From contig NC_068984.1 in the NCBI RefSeq assembly GCF_001194135.2, positions 91,580,748 to 91,644,747 on the forward strand: DNA of 64,000 nt, written 5' to 3'. Under the pieces are notes generated by a model that was given only the letters and a program-made list of their open reading frames with translations, was not told the origin of the DNA and did no database searches. Shown piece by piece: positions 52,727-64,000 of the stretch (position 1 is its first letter; every line of letters starts with the position of its first letter). Source of the stretch: Octopus bimaculoides (lineage: Eukaryota). The position numbers and the translations under genes are program-made.

Positions 52727-53337
52727 TGTAACTACAAGCAGCTGAAATTGGGTTCCTCTGAAAGATCTCTTACCTGTCAGGGTACATAACTCTTTCCAGT
52801 TCGAGCCACTACTACGGATGTATGATTAGAATGTTACAGGAAAGAATCGCTAGATGCATTCTTCAAACCAAGCCAACTGACAGGTTGGATAACATCCTGA
52901 TATGACGTACGACTTCTTGTCGTCACTGTTATATCTGAGCTGTTATAATATCAAACGTTCCTGATGTTCTCTTATTACTCTCCAACTGCGTATCTTCAAC
53001 AAGCACTCCATGATATCTCCATTCGATAATTCCTACGACTTGTATACTATGACTGTGCATATGACACTCTTTTCAGAGTGTTCTGCACATGCTCATTTAT
53101 ACTAACTAGTATAGTTCACTTAGCCAATCATGGAGGTGTACAGATTCCCCTTACAACACATCCATATTCTCAGTTTGTCACACTTGGGAACCCATTAAGG
53201 AAAGTGTAATGATGGTCGTTTCTGATAGGATGCTTCAGGACTCTAACACGACGACCCTTCCAGGAATGGTGAACGGAAAAAATGGATAGTTGAAAGACTT
53301 GGAAATTAACAATATGAAAGTAATTGATACTGTGACA
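52727..53337 (-). mobile_element. Possible old solo LTR
   Basis: Minus strand starts TGTCACAG and ends GTAGTTACA, with GATTGG and GTATAAAT inside. Flanks (acaat / gaaat) do not form a clean TSD. Confidence 0.35.
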
Positions 53338-53354
53338 GAAATGTGTGTGTGTTA

Positions 53355-54076
53355 CGAGGTTGGGCTGAAAAGCTCATAGGCTGACTATAAAGGAGTGATA
53401 TTAGAACTGTGAGATTTTGCTTGCATCAATTTCAACACTTCTTATTAATAACTGTAATGTTTCTTTCTAGGTAAACTAGCACCTGACTGTTCAAAGAAGA
53501 CTTCAAAAGTAACTTGTAGCAACTTCTCTTAAAAATCGACAGAATTAGGCGTCAATGTGTTATCAAGTACCTGCGGGAGAAAACGGATGCAAAAGGTATT
53601 GTGTTTATTGACTATCTTCAAAAAGGCCACACTATCAATGGAGAGTAATATGCTACTTTGCTGAGGCAGTTACGAAAGGCTATCAAGACCAAACGCTCAG
53701 GAAAACTGATGAAATGGGTCTTGTTTCATCAGGACAATGCTCCAGCATACAAGTCCTTGCTTTCAATGGCTGTTGTGCGTGACTATGGCTTTGAACTGGT
53801 TGATAGTCCTCCCTATTTTCTTGATCTGGCCCCATCTGACTATCAGATGGAGCCAGATCCTCAACATGAAAAAAAAAACACTTGACTGGGAACCTGGCTG
53901 CTAACTTTTTTTTACCAACAAGATGAAAGCTTCTTCACTAATGGGATCCAAGCCTTGCAACACTGATGGAAGCAGTGTGTGGACCGCAAAGGGAACTATG
54001 TTTAAAAATAAACTTCAGTTGGTCACATTCCATGAGAGTATCTTGGCCAAGCTATGAACTTTTCAGCCGACCCTTG
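53355..54076 (+). mobile_element. Internally deleted mariner with both TIRs
   Basis: TIRs cgaggttgggctgaaaagctcatagg / gctatgaacttttcagccgacccttg, TA on both flanks. Fragment LFHQDNAPAYKS...DSPPYFLDLAPSDY. Confidence 0.9.
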
Positions 54077-55449
54077 TAAAAAGAAGAGGATAAAATACCT
54101 TACTGTTAAACTAGGTTTATATGTGTNNNNNNNNNNNNNNNNNNNNNNNNNNNNNNNNNNNNNNNNNNNNNNNNNNNNNNNNNNNNNNNNNNNNNNNNNN
54201 NNNNNNNNNNNNNNNNNNNNNNNNNNNNNNNNNNNNNNNNNNNNNNNNNNNNNNNNNNNNNNNNNNNCGAACAAAATAAAGGCATTATTTTAGGTCAGGG
54301 CACTTGATTCACACAAAGAATCTGAGTTTCTTTTTTTCTAAGTGAAAAATTGTGTGGGTGAAAAGGTCAATGGGGGTGGGGGATGAAATTTCCGAAGCTT
54401 CCACCTCATCCCACCCTGTTTTCTGAACACCCCACCAAAAGTTTTGTAGCTTATGAGGAGGTCACCGGAATTCATTCAACGCAAAAAAAAAAAAAAAAAT
54501 CCCAATGATTCTGGGATATAGGGGTGGGGGGGGTCCGGCCCCCACCTTTTTTTCTGAACAAAAATAAGGAGTTTGCAGCATATTAGGAGGTCAGGGTAGG
54601 TACTTGATTTCACGCAAAAAATTCGAGGTTTATTTTTCTTAGTTAATATCATATAGGTGAAAGAATCAAATAATACCTATAATATAATTTAATATAATAT
54701 AATATATTAAATGAAGCACGTTTCTCATAAACATATCTTTGAAATTTTTATATTAGTTTATAAAACTAAATTTGAGATAAAACATATTTTAATAGTAATT
54801 ACAACTTTAGTGTACTTAGTTTTAATATCAATTATCTATAAATAGTATCTGTTAATGTTTAGGTTTTGCTTTTGTTAACAAAATTTATATTGACCGTAGA
54901 TTTATATGTAAATATTGATGCAATACTATTATATGGTAATTAACTAGCAGTTTTGACACATCATATTTTTGTTGTCTTCAGTATTTTTAACAAATGGATG
55001 CACCATTCTATCTCTCATTCGCTTTAATCTCTCTCTCTTCCTCCCTATAACATCTATTTTGACCTAACTATTGTACCACCACCACCACCAACAGAACCAT
55101 CATGTATCACATATGCATGCGCACAAGTATATCAAACATGTTTGTTTATATGTAAATATATGAAAATAATGGTTTTTTTAAACAACGCACACATTTGAGT
55201 CTGTTGCAGATCAACCAACATGTTGAAATGTAACTCCTTTTCGGGAAAATTATTCCCTGGTGAAATATCCAATTAACCAGTTTCAATATGAAAATTTAAA
55301 TTAATTTAATTTAATTTAATTTAATTTCTGTAATTGAACTAGTTGGATATGGAAACGGCTGTAAGACAGGAGTTTCATCATATGGTTTTTAATATCTTTG
55401 AATAAATTGATGTCTGCATGTGAATTTCTCCACTTTCTTTTGTCATCAA

Positions 55450-57880
55450 TATATGCTGCCTCCTAGAAGTAAGGTGAAGAGGAGGTTCCGCTAGGTTCCT
55501 CACAGGCAAAGAACACGGGTACAAGATTTTCTGGGCAGGGAACACAGATGGGGTCGGGGGCGTGGGTATACTTCTTGCGGAGAAATGAGTGGATAAGGTA
55601 ATCGAGGTAGCCAGAGTATGCGATAGAATACTTAAGATTAGATTAGTCCTTCACCATGGTTTAGCAACCATTATCTTGGCCTATGCCCCTCAGCCCAGGC
55701 TACCCGATGTACAGAAAGACCGATTTTATGACACCCTCTTGCAGACTACCTCATCGATGAATGACAGGGACCTTCTCTTTGTGGCTGGTGACTTCAATGG
55801 AAAGGTTGGACAACATGCAGGGGGCTTCCATGGCATACATGGAGGCTATGGCTTTGATTTCCGCAATGAGGAGGGAACCAGGCTGCTGGAGTTCTGTGAT
55901 GCAAATGACCTTACGGTTTGCAATACTAACTTCAGGAAACCTGCCAGTCACCTAGTCACCTACCGTTCTGGCAGGCACACCAGCCAAATTGACTACATCC
56001 TCGCTAGGAAAAGGGAAAGATGGCTGCTTATAAATGCCAAAACCTTCCCAGGCGAAGAATGTACCCCACAACATAGACAAGTAGTTAGTGACTTCAGAAT
56101 CAAGGCTAAGTAGTTGCCCACAAGACGACCAGCATAGAGGAGAAGGGTCTGGAAGCTCAAAGATCCTGCGAATGGACAGAAATTTAGAGACTTATTACTC
56201 GAAGCCTTTGACGAAATAGAAGGGGATATAGCTTCACACGATGTAGAAGACAACTGGAAGTTGACAACATGCAGAGGGCCACTGACCAGATCTGTGGATG
56301 GTGCAAAGTCCCCTCTTGACCCAAAATAACGTGGTGGTGGAACAATGTTGTTGACAGGGCTATTAGACAAAAGAAACAGGCTTGGAAGGACTGGAAGAAT
56401 GGTGGTAGCAGGGAATTGTACCAGACTGCCAGAAGGCGACAGGTTTATTTAGCCAGAGGGAAGCAGATAAGAAAAAAATTGCCAATGTTCTGCGCCATGT
56501 GGACCAAAGAGTTGAGGTATTTCGTATTGCAAGACAGTGTGTGAGAGAGAATCGTGATGTCGTAGGAGAAAAATGTGTTTGCATGGATGATGGTACACTT
56601 GCACTAAACGAGGCTGCAAAGAGAGATGTTTGGAGACGCCACTATGAAAGGTTGCTCAATAAAGAGAATGAATGGGAGAAAGAGAGTCTGCCAAATGTCA
56701 ACCCAACAGAGGGATCAGCTACCCGAGTTGACAGTACTATGGTAAATAAAGCAACTAAGAGTATGAAGACAGGGAAAGCCTCAGGCCCATCAGGAATCAC
56801 TGCAGAGATGCTCAAAATATCTGGCAGTGTCAGCTATAGCCTAATGACCCATATAGTTAATCAGGTGATACACAAAGGAGTCATACCCAATGACTGGTGT
56901 AGCAGCACCATAGTCAACTGCTACAAAGGTAAAGGTGATGCTTTAGATACGAATAATTACAGAGGTATCAAGTTTTTGGATCAGGTAATGAAAGTCACGG
57001 AGAGGGTCATAGCCCAACTAATTAGGGAGAGAGTCAGTTTAGATAAGATGCAGTTTGGGTTCGTGCCAGGGAAAAGCACCACTGATGCTATATTTCTGGT
57101 AAGACAGCTGCAGGAGAAATACCTCGCCAAAGATAAACCTCTGTTCCTGGCTTTCGTTGACATGGAGAAAACCTCTGACAGGGTCACCCGATCCCTTATC
57201 TTGTGATCAATGAGGAAACTAGGGATAGAAGGATGGTTAGTGAGAGCTGTGTGAGCCATGTACAGAGACGCTGCCAGTAAGGTGAGGGTTGGCAACGAGT
57301 ACAGTGAAGAATTTCGGGTAGAGATAGGGGTCCACTAAGGTTCAGTCCTCAGCCCCCTCCTATTTATCATAGTCCTCCAGGCAATACCATAGGAATTTAA
57401 GACAGGATGCCCTTGGGAGCTCCTCTATGCTGATGACCTTGCGCTAATTGCTGAGTCACTATCAGAACTAGAGGAGAAGTTTCAGGTGTGGAAGCAAGGA
57501 CTAGAATCGAAGGGCCTTAGAGTCAACCTAGCTAAAACCAAAATCCTAATAAGTAGGAAGGTAGACAAAATACAAACCCCTGTTGAGGCAATCGAAATCG
57601 AACCAAATTCGACAACTGGCACCCATGCCAACCTCTCCTTCATTGGACACTAAACTGGGCTTGCGAAGACCTGTTGGGGCAAGTGAAAGCGAAATTGTGA
57701 TGGCACCTGTATCAGTGGAGTGCTAAGAGCACCGTCCGAGTGTGGTCGTTGCCAGAGCAGCTGTCTGGTTTCTGTGCCAGTAGCACATAAATAGCATGAT
57801 TGTTACCAGCGTCACTTTCCTGGCACTTGTGCCGGTGGCACGTGAAAAGATATCCGAGTGACGTCATTGCCAGTGCAGCA
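55450..57880 (+). mobile_element. RTE-clade LINE with APE endonuclease and RT, internally deleted toward the 3' end
   Basis: APE motifs (AYAPQ, VAGDFNGKVG, SQIDYILA) at 55589-56113. RT (NYRGIKFL, QFGFVPG, LLYADDL) at 56499-57560, with stops. Jumps to the 3' UTR at about 57583. Confidence 0.95.
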
Positions 57881-60800
57881 TATATAAATCAAAGTGTCCT
57901 GTATTATATATCCATTATGGCTGATCTTACCAATAGGTTTTGCACTTGAGGTTCAAGGGAGTGTTAGGTAACAGTCCAATTATGTAAACCTGCACTCATC
58001 AGAGGTAGCCATTATGGAATGAATCGACCTCAATACATATATATACCCATCTTCGTCTTTTGTTTTCCTATAAATTTCAACTATATATATATATATATAT
58101 NNNNNNNNNNNNNNNNNNNNNNNNNNNNNNNNNNNNNNNNNNNNNNNNNNNNNNNNNNNNNNNNNNNNNNNNNNNNNNNNNNNNNNNNNNNNNNNNNNNN
58201 NNNNNNNCTTGTAACTTAGTGCTTCAGCAAAGGGAACTGATAGAATAAATACCAGGCTTTAAAAAATATGTCCTGAGGTCGATTCATTCGACTAAAAAGT
58301 CTTCAAGGCGGTGCCCCAGCATGTTCGCAGTCTAATGACTAAAACAAGTAAAAGATAATTTCATAAATGATTTCATAGTGTATATGAATGTTCACTTCAG
58401 AAATTACTTGTATAAAAAAAAAATTACACATACAAAAGCAGGGTTAATAAAGACTTACATTCAATACAAATTCAAATAAAAATCCCTTATTTATTTTGAT
58501 GGTAAAAAATATTTGCTTGTTTTAGCTTAGATATTCCATAAAAGTAATTGCAATCATTATCTAAATTTTCATGGGTTCTAATTGGTGACTAAGAATAATT
58601 TATTCTTTCTTATACCTGTTTTCACATTTTTCTACTTTTTGTTTACATATAACAATCGAAAGTGCATTGTTCTAAATAACCTTCTTATTTATAAACACTG
58701 ATGGAACTATGAAAAAGTAAAAAAAGTACAAAACTATATTAATAATTTTAAACGGTATATTTCTACAGCATGAATTGTTTTCGATGGCCACCGTTTAAGT
58801 AATTTTCTGTACACTTTCCCAAAGCAGCTGGGTTGAATGCTATTATGATCGAATCCCCTTGCAAATCATTTGGGTTGGATATTTCCTTTTCGTGAACAAT
58901 GAGGTAACAAACTATTTTTACTTCTGACTCCACTATATTTATATTAATTATTTACCTTACAAACAAACAACTATGAGAAAGTTACAAAAATGATTTGTTT
59001 TTATTTCAGTTTATATTTTATTCAACAACTATTCTGCTGCAGATATTTATGAAAAGGATCTACCCTCACATATTGATCCGAAATAAAATTTGCTGTATTT
59101 CTCTTTCACTATATTGAAACTAAAAAAAAACAAACAAACAAACAAAAAAACCTCCCCATAAAAACCCGGCTCGATGTTTCGGTAGCTACAATATAAGCAT
59201 GTTCTATATGAGCTAATAAATTGTTAATTACCCTTTGTCACTGACATACATGACCAGGGAGATAACCTGTGTCTCACTCATGTTTTTATTTATCAGAAAC
59301 ATTCACAAATGATTGCTTTTTGTCATGAATTTCCCCTCTGATTAGTTAATTGCTCATGGAAAACTCCTTGACGTTTAAAGACTCTTCATTGCTTTTTATA
59401 GGTATATTTTTTATCGGGTGTTTCTTATTTTAGTAACATGTCGAAATGGTTCATCCGTAAAACGGAAACGACGAAATGTACTTAGTTTCAAGTTATGCTG
59501 TTATGTTCTTTGTGTACATTTACTGTTGTAATGTCATATACTTCTGTTTCAGTAACCCGCTGTGAATGAAGATAATACAGGTGCTCCAGCAGTGGCTATC
59601 CAGTCAATATGTCGTTAAATATAGAGTTTATATAAAGATGTGAAGCGTATGTATCTTATGCAAATAACACCTAGAATACCTTCGTGTTATTTCCAATTAT
59701 AGTGTTATTGAAACGGAAGTATAATTTGAAGAACTATACGATCTTGCAAGTAGTGTAAGTCAAGATTGTAGCAGCGTATGAAGTGAAACTAAGTAATTTT
59801 ATAATTTCCATTTCAGTTTTTCATTTCACTTGTGAATCTTTTCGACGGGTTAGTTAAATATGAAATAACTTCCTTACCACGCATGTCGTATGCGCTTACC
59901 AACACATAGACACGCACAAACACACGTGTGTGCGTGCGTGTGTCTATGTGTAAAGTATTAAATCATTTTGCCGGCTACTAAATTGTAAGTGGCTTCTTGG
60001 TGCATCATATTGGATATGAAGATTTTTTATTTGTTTAAAATTACTATTTATAGGATTATTGAAAACCACCACAATTGCTGGTGACATTTCTGTTGTCAGT
60101 GTTGTAGTTCACGCGAAAATATTCTCTGGAAGATCATTTTTATCAGAGCAAGCAAGTTATGTAACTAACATCAAAATATTTTTTGCGTGTAAATGCATTT
60201 TTTTTCTTAAATACGAGATATTGCATGTAAGTATTTAGAATATATGATAATATATTATAAATAATTAGTGGAGTAAACAATAACCAGCCTTACAATATCC
60301 TATTCGTTTTATCACGATCTGAATACAACTACAACTATGATTGTATCGTTATTCGGGAGACTATATTCCTCCACCCCACCCCAAATAAAAGGGAATAGCA
60401 CAGAAAACCGTTTATTATTGTTAACATTTTTAGTATATGAATAAATAAAGAGATCACTTTCTAGTAACATAACTAATTTTTTCTCATACATGTAATTAAA
60501 GTATTTCTGAATTGCTCAGCGTGTTCCTAGAGAGGGTGTAACGATATGTACAGCCGGGATCAGATATAATCGACCTTACTCCCTCCAAATTTAATGCTCT
60601 GTGGTTGAAAGCCCTCCCTTTCAGTTTTCGGCTATGAAAAGCTTACCGTAAGTGATACGCTGTCAGACCAAATTCGAAACCATGTGGTTGCCAAGCAAAA
60701 TTCTTAATCACACAGCGATGACTGCCCATTCACACACACACACACACACACACATGTATTCTTATAGGTGGATAATACCTATGGAAAAAGACATCATCCT

Positions 60801-61626
60801 TATGCGTTCATTTGGTTGTATAGGTACAGTTACGTGTATACAATTGTTCATGGTAGAAATTCTAACAAATATCTATAGTAGCATAGTCTCCTCAGTCGTA
60901 CACTTCCCAACATATTCAGTTTAAAATTTCTTAATAGACAGCTAATAACACCAATTCAACCTCAGCCTGACCCACAAAAACTGTTTCCCTACATCCAGCC
61001 AAATTAAATCTCCTTACCATAGCTTTGTATCAACCCACGTTCTATAAACATATTTTCTTCCTATCTCTATCTAGCCTTCCTTTCTACACAATTAGTATTT
61101 CATCTGTATCACACTGTATCATTCACGAAGTCGCCGACCTTACTAAAACTTGCCAAAGACTATATAAAGCTACTGCCTCCCTCCCCAATAAATCACAGCT
61201 TGATGAAATTGAACAAGCCAAAACTTCGAAGTCACTATGTAAAAAATTAATATGTACTCTAGCAAAAAAATATCGAGTAATGTTAAATTGTCTCTATGAC
61301 TTGACATAAAAACAGTATTAATATTCTTTTACTTGTTTCTTGTGGCCCTTGCTGGAGCACCACCTTGAAGGGTTTTAGTCAAACAAATCGATTCCAAGGC
61401 TTTTATGTTTTAAAGCTTAGTACTTATTCTATTGGTCTCTTTTGCTGAACTCCTAAGTTATATGGACGTCAACACACCAACACCGGTTGTCAAACGGTGC
61501 TGGGGAGACGGGACAAACACACACACATGACAGACTTCTTTCAGTTTCTGTCTAGTAGAAGAAACTCCCAAGGTACCATGCAGTGGGACTGAATCTGGAA
61601 CCATGTGGCTGGGAAGCAAGCTTCTT

Positions 61627-63105
61627 TATTTCTTTTAAATTGCCATAAAGGCATTACATAGAGGAGGACACTACAACACGCGGGGATATATAACAATTAA
61701 AATATGATGCTATGGATGACATATGAAAATGAACATGAAAAACATTAAAATCAAAATATTAAAATTATGATTCATGAATGATAAATGAGAAAGGAGAATA
61801 TGAAAAGTGTGTTACTCACCCCACACTGAGTAACACTACTCGCCACCTCTGAGTCTCAAGTCCTCTTTAGTCTTTGATCTAGTCTTTCGTTTAGCGTTTT
61901 CCCTATCGCTCAGTGACAACACTCTCTCCTCCATGTACTCTTCTCCCCTTTTTTACCAGGGGTGGGGCTTGTAGATTTTGTGGTGTCTGTTCTTTTTTTT
62001 TCCTGTGGGGAGAGAGGGTGGGTGGGTTTGGTGTTTGTATGGGGAGGGTGGGTCAGAGTAGTCTTGGGTGGGATGGAGTTGGTCTGGGGTCCCACATCAC
62101 ACTGACTGTTCTTCCTCTTTTTCCCTTTATTCTCTGTCACAGCCCATTCATCCTCCTTGTTCCTTCCTTCTATCTGTACTTCTTCCTTTTTATCCTCCAT
62201 CTCCACCACCACTTCTGCTGTTTTCCACTGCAGAGGGCAGTGCGTTCTAATGTGGCCCTTTTAGCCACATTTAAAACATCGTAGGATTCTGCCCTCCACC
62301 CACACTCTTAACACAATCTCTCTCAACGTCACCGTTTCCACCAAACTCTCCAATTGCCTCTCCTCTGCCTGTATAATGAGGTCCAGTGTTGTTTTTCCTC
62401 TCCATCCTCTGTCCTCCGTTTCCGTGGTTTGGATGACAGCCATCTCCTCCTCACTTCCAACGAGTACGGCTGCCGCAACCCAAGCCACTTCTATATCAGG
62501 TGGAATTCCTTCTACCCTCACCTTAGAAGTCTTTCTTCCAAGGTACGTGGGTAGAAGTACCATTTCCTCCATTTTTACAGTTGCACTCACTAGCCTCCTT
62601 GCCTCCTCCGCTGTCCTAAACTGGACAACCACCGTCCCATCTCCATTTCCTTTTGCTATGTATGTCACTTCCTTCAAAAGCCCCTTAAATGCTTTTTCTA
62701 CTTTTTCCATCTCCATCCGCTCCACCTGCCTATTCTCCACTGAGAACATCTTGTAGGTAATGGTCTTCTTTTCCATATTTTCCATAACCCTTTTTGGGGG
62801 TAATGACTTTACGTCACCGTCCACCTTCTGTGTCATCTTACTCAGCTCCTTCAGTCCGGCTAGGTGCACTTCCCTTTTCTTCACATCTGCAGCCTCAGCA
62901 AAACTCTTTATTCTTTCCAAATGCTCGTCCATTCTATTTACCGCCTTAACGAGCTCCTCCTCTGCTGAGGACAGCTCATATTCGCTAAGGTCCAAATACA
63001 TTCCTTTCCACTGGTACAACACTCACCGACAAACCACTGCCAAGCAGCACAAAAATTCCGTCCGACTCATCAAAAATCAACACATCGAATAGACCGACAG
63101 ATGCA
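61627..63105 (-). mobile_element. ORF1-only non-autonomous retroelement (gag-like CCHC ORF1) with 17-bp TSD, inserted into a SINE
   Basis: TGGGAAGCAAGCTTCTT at 61610-61626 and 63106-63122; the SINE halves rejoin across the insertion. One reading frame from ATG 63001 to 61910 with a single internal TAA (62261-62263) inside C-x2-C-x4-H-x4-C. No ORF2. Confidence 0.85.
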
Positions 63106-63299
63106 TGGGAAGCAAGCTTCTTATCATACAGCCACGCCCGCACCTATAAATATACAGAAGCTACCAAAAAATGTATACACACTTCAGGAAAAGAAGAATC
63201 TGTATGAATACTTAACTTGTAAAAGTATCTTTATAAATACAAATACCTCTTCCGATGTTTTATCAAATTGCAATAACACTGAATAAAAATATTTATGCA

Positions 63300-64000
63300 G
63301 ATTTTTCCACAGCAACCCTCAAGAAGCATGGAGGTGAGTTTAAGAGAGGGTATGGGTGTCCATTAGGACGGGGAAAGGAGGGAGAATAAAAAATGGTTAG
63401 AGATGAGGGTAGAGGTGAATGTAGTGAGTGCTGAACAGAAGTGGAAGTGTAGCTTGATGGGAAATATCAGTATGGGTGGGGTGGAATAAGATGTGAGAGA
63501 TAGGAGTAGATCAAGAAATAGGGGGAAATTAGTGAGGCATTAGAATGGTGGGGTGGGAGTACAGGAGTACATAAGGGTGGCTAGAGTGAGTGGGGTATAG
63601 TGGCAGATACTAGAGGGCATTGATAGCAGGTATGAGAGGTGTTACGTTGAAGTATGATAGAGGAGAGAGAGTGTAAACTGGATGCACAGAAAGGAGGTGA
63701 TCAGGGAAAATAATGTGGGAAGAGGTGATGAGAGTGAGGCATGGAAGTGGTATTTAATATGTGCTGAGACTGGATGGATGTTAGGGGAAGATGGGGGTAA
63801 TGGAGATGGGATGTGGGATATGTTTGATGAGACAAAATGGGTGTAGGGGTAAAGCCCAGCATGTACAAGCATAAACAAAGTGTTTTTAGAATCTCCTTTT
63901 TGCTGTGATGGAGAGATCTTCTTGAGAAGCAATTTGCTTCTTGTATTTCCATAGGTACAGCATATGGGATTTGTACCTATCCTTTTCTGCATATTGAGCA
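63300..64000 (-). mobile_element. Old RTE fragment plus purine-rich (on +) tail
   Basis: Minus strand at about 63860-64000 reads CSICRKG..GTNPICCT. The tail resembles the inverse of 19200-19400. Confidence 0.6.

Noticed and set aside
62261-63022. Domesticated gag/ORF1 host gene
   Set aside because: A stop interrupts the zinc knuckle, and the unit has a TSD inside a SINE, so it is a transposon copy.

Overview
Eukaryotic, AT-rich, repeat-dense genomic DNA with assembly gaps. The SINE/RTE families and (TA)n/(CA)n load look like Octopus/cephalopod DNA (inference). One host gene is supported: PDSS1 (decaprenyl diphosphate synthase subunit 1, CoQ side-chain synthesis) on the minus strand. I located 8 phase-compatible exons between 33175 and 150, with intact FARM (DDVID) and SARM (DDLLD) motifs; the last exons lie left of the window. 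Everything else is transposon-derived: RTE LINEs, tRNA-type SINEs, Tc1/mariner/pogo elements with readable TIRs, an R4/Dong-type fragment, an L1-type RT fragment and LTRs. Two structures stand out. (1) A 1.84-kb palindrome (29142-30978) made of two LTR-like units joined tail-to-tail through an 8-bp palindrome and flanked by a single 4-bp TSD, 71 nt from a PDSS1 splice donor. (2) A 1.48-kb retroelement (61627-63105) with a 17-bp TSD that encodes only a gag-like CCHC ORF1 and is inserted inside a SINE. Several PDSS1 exons also sit next to long inverted repeats, which are candidate ADAR substrates.
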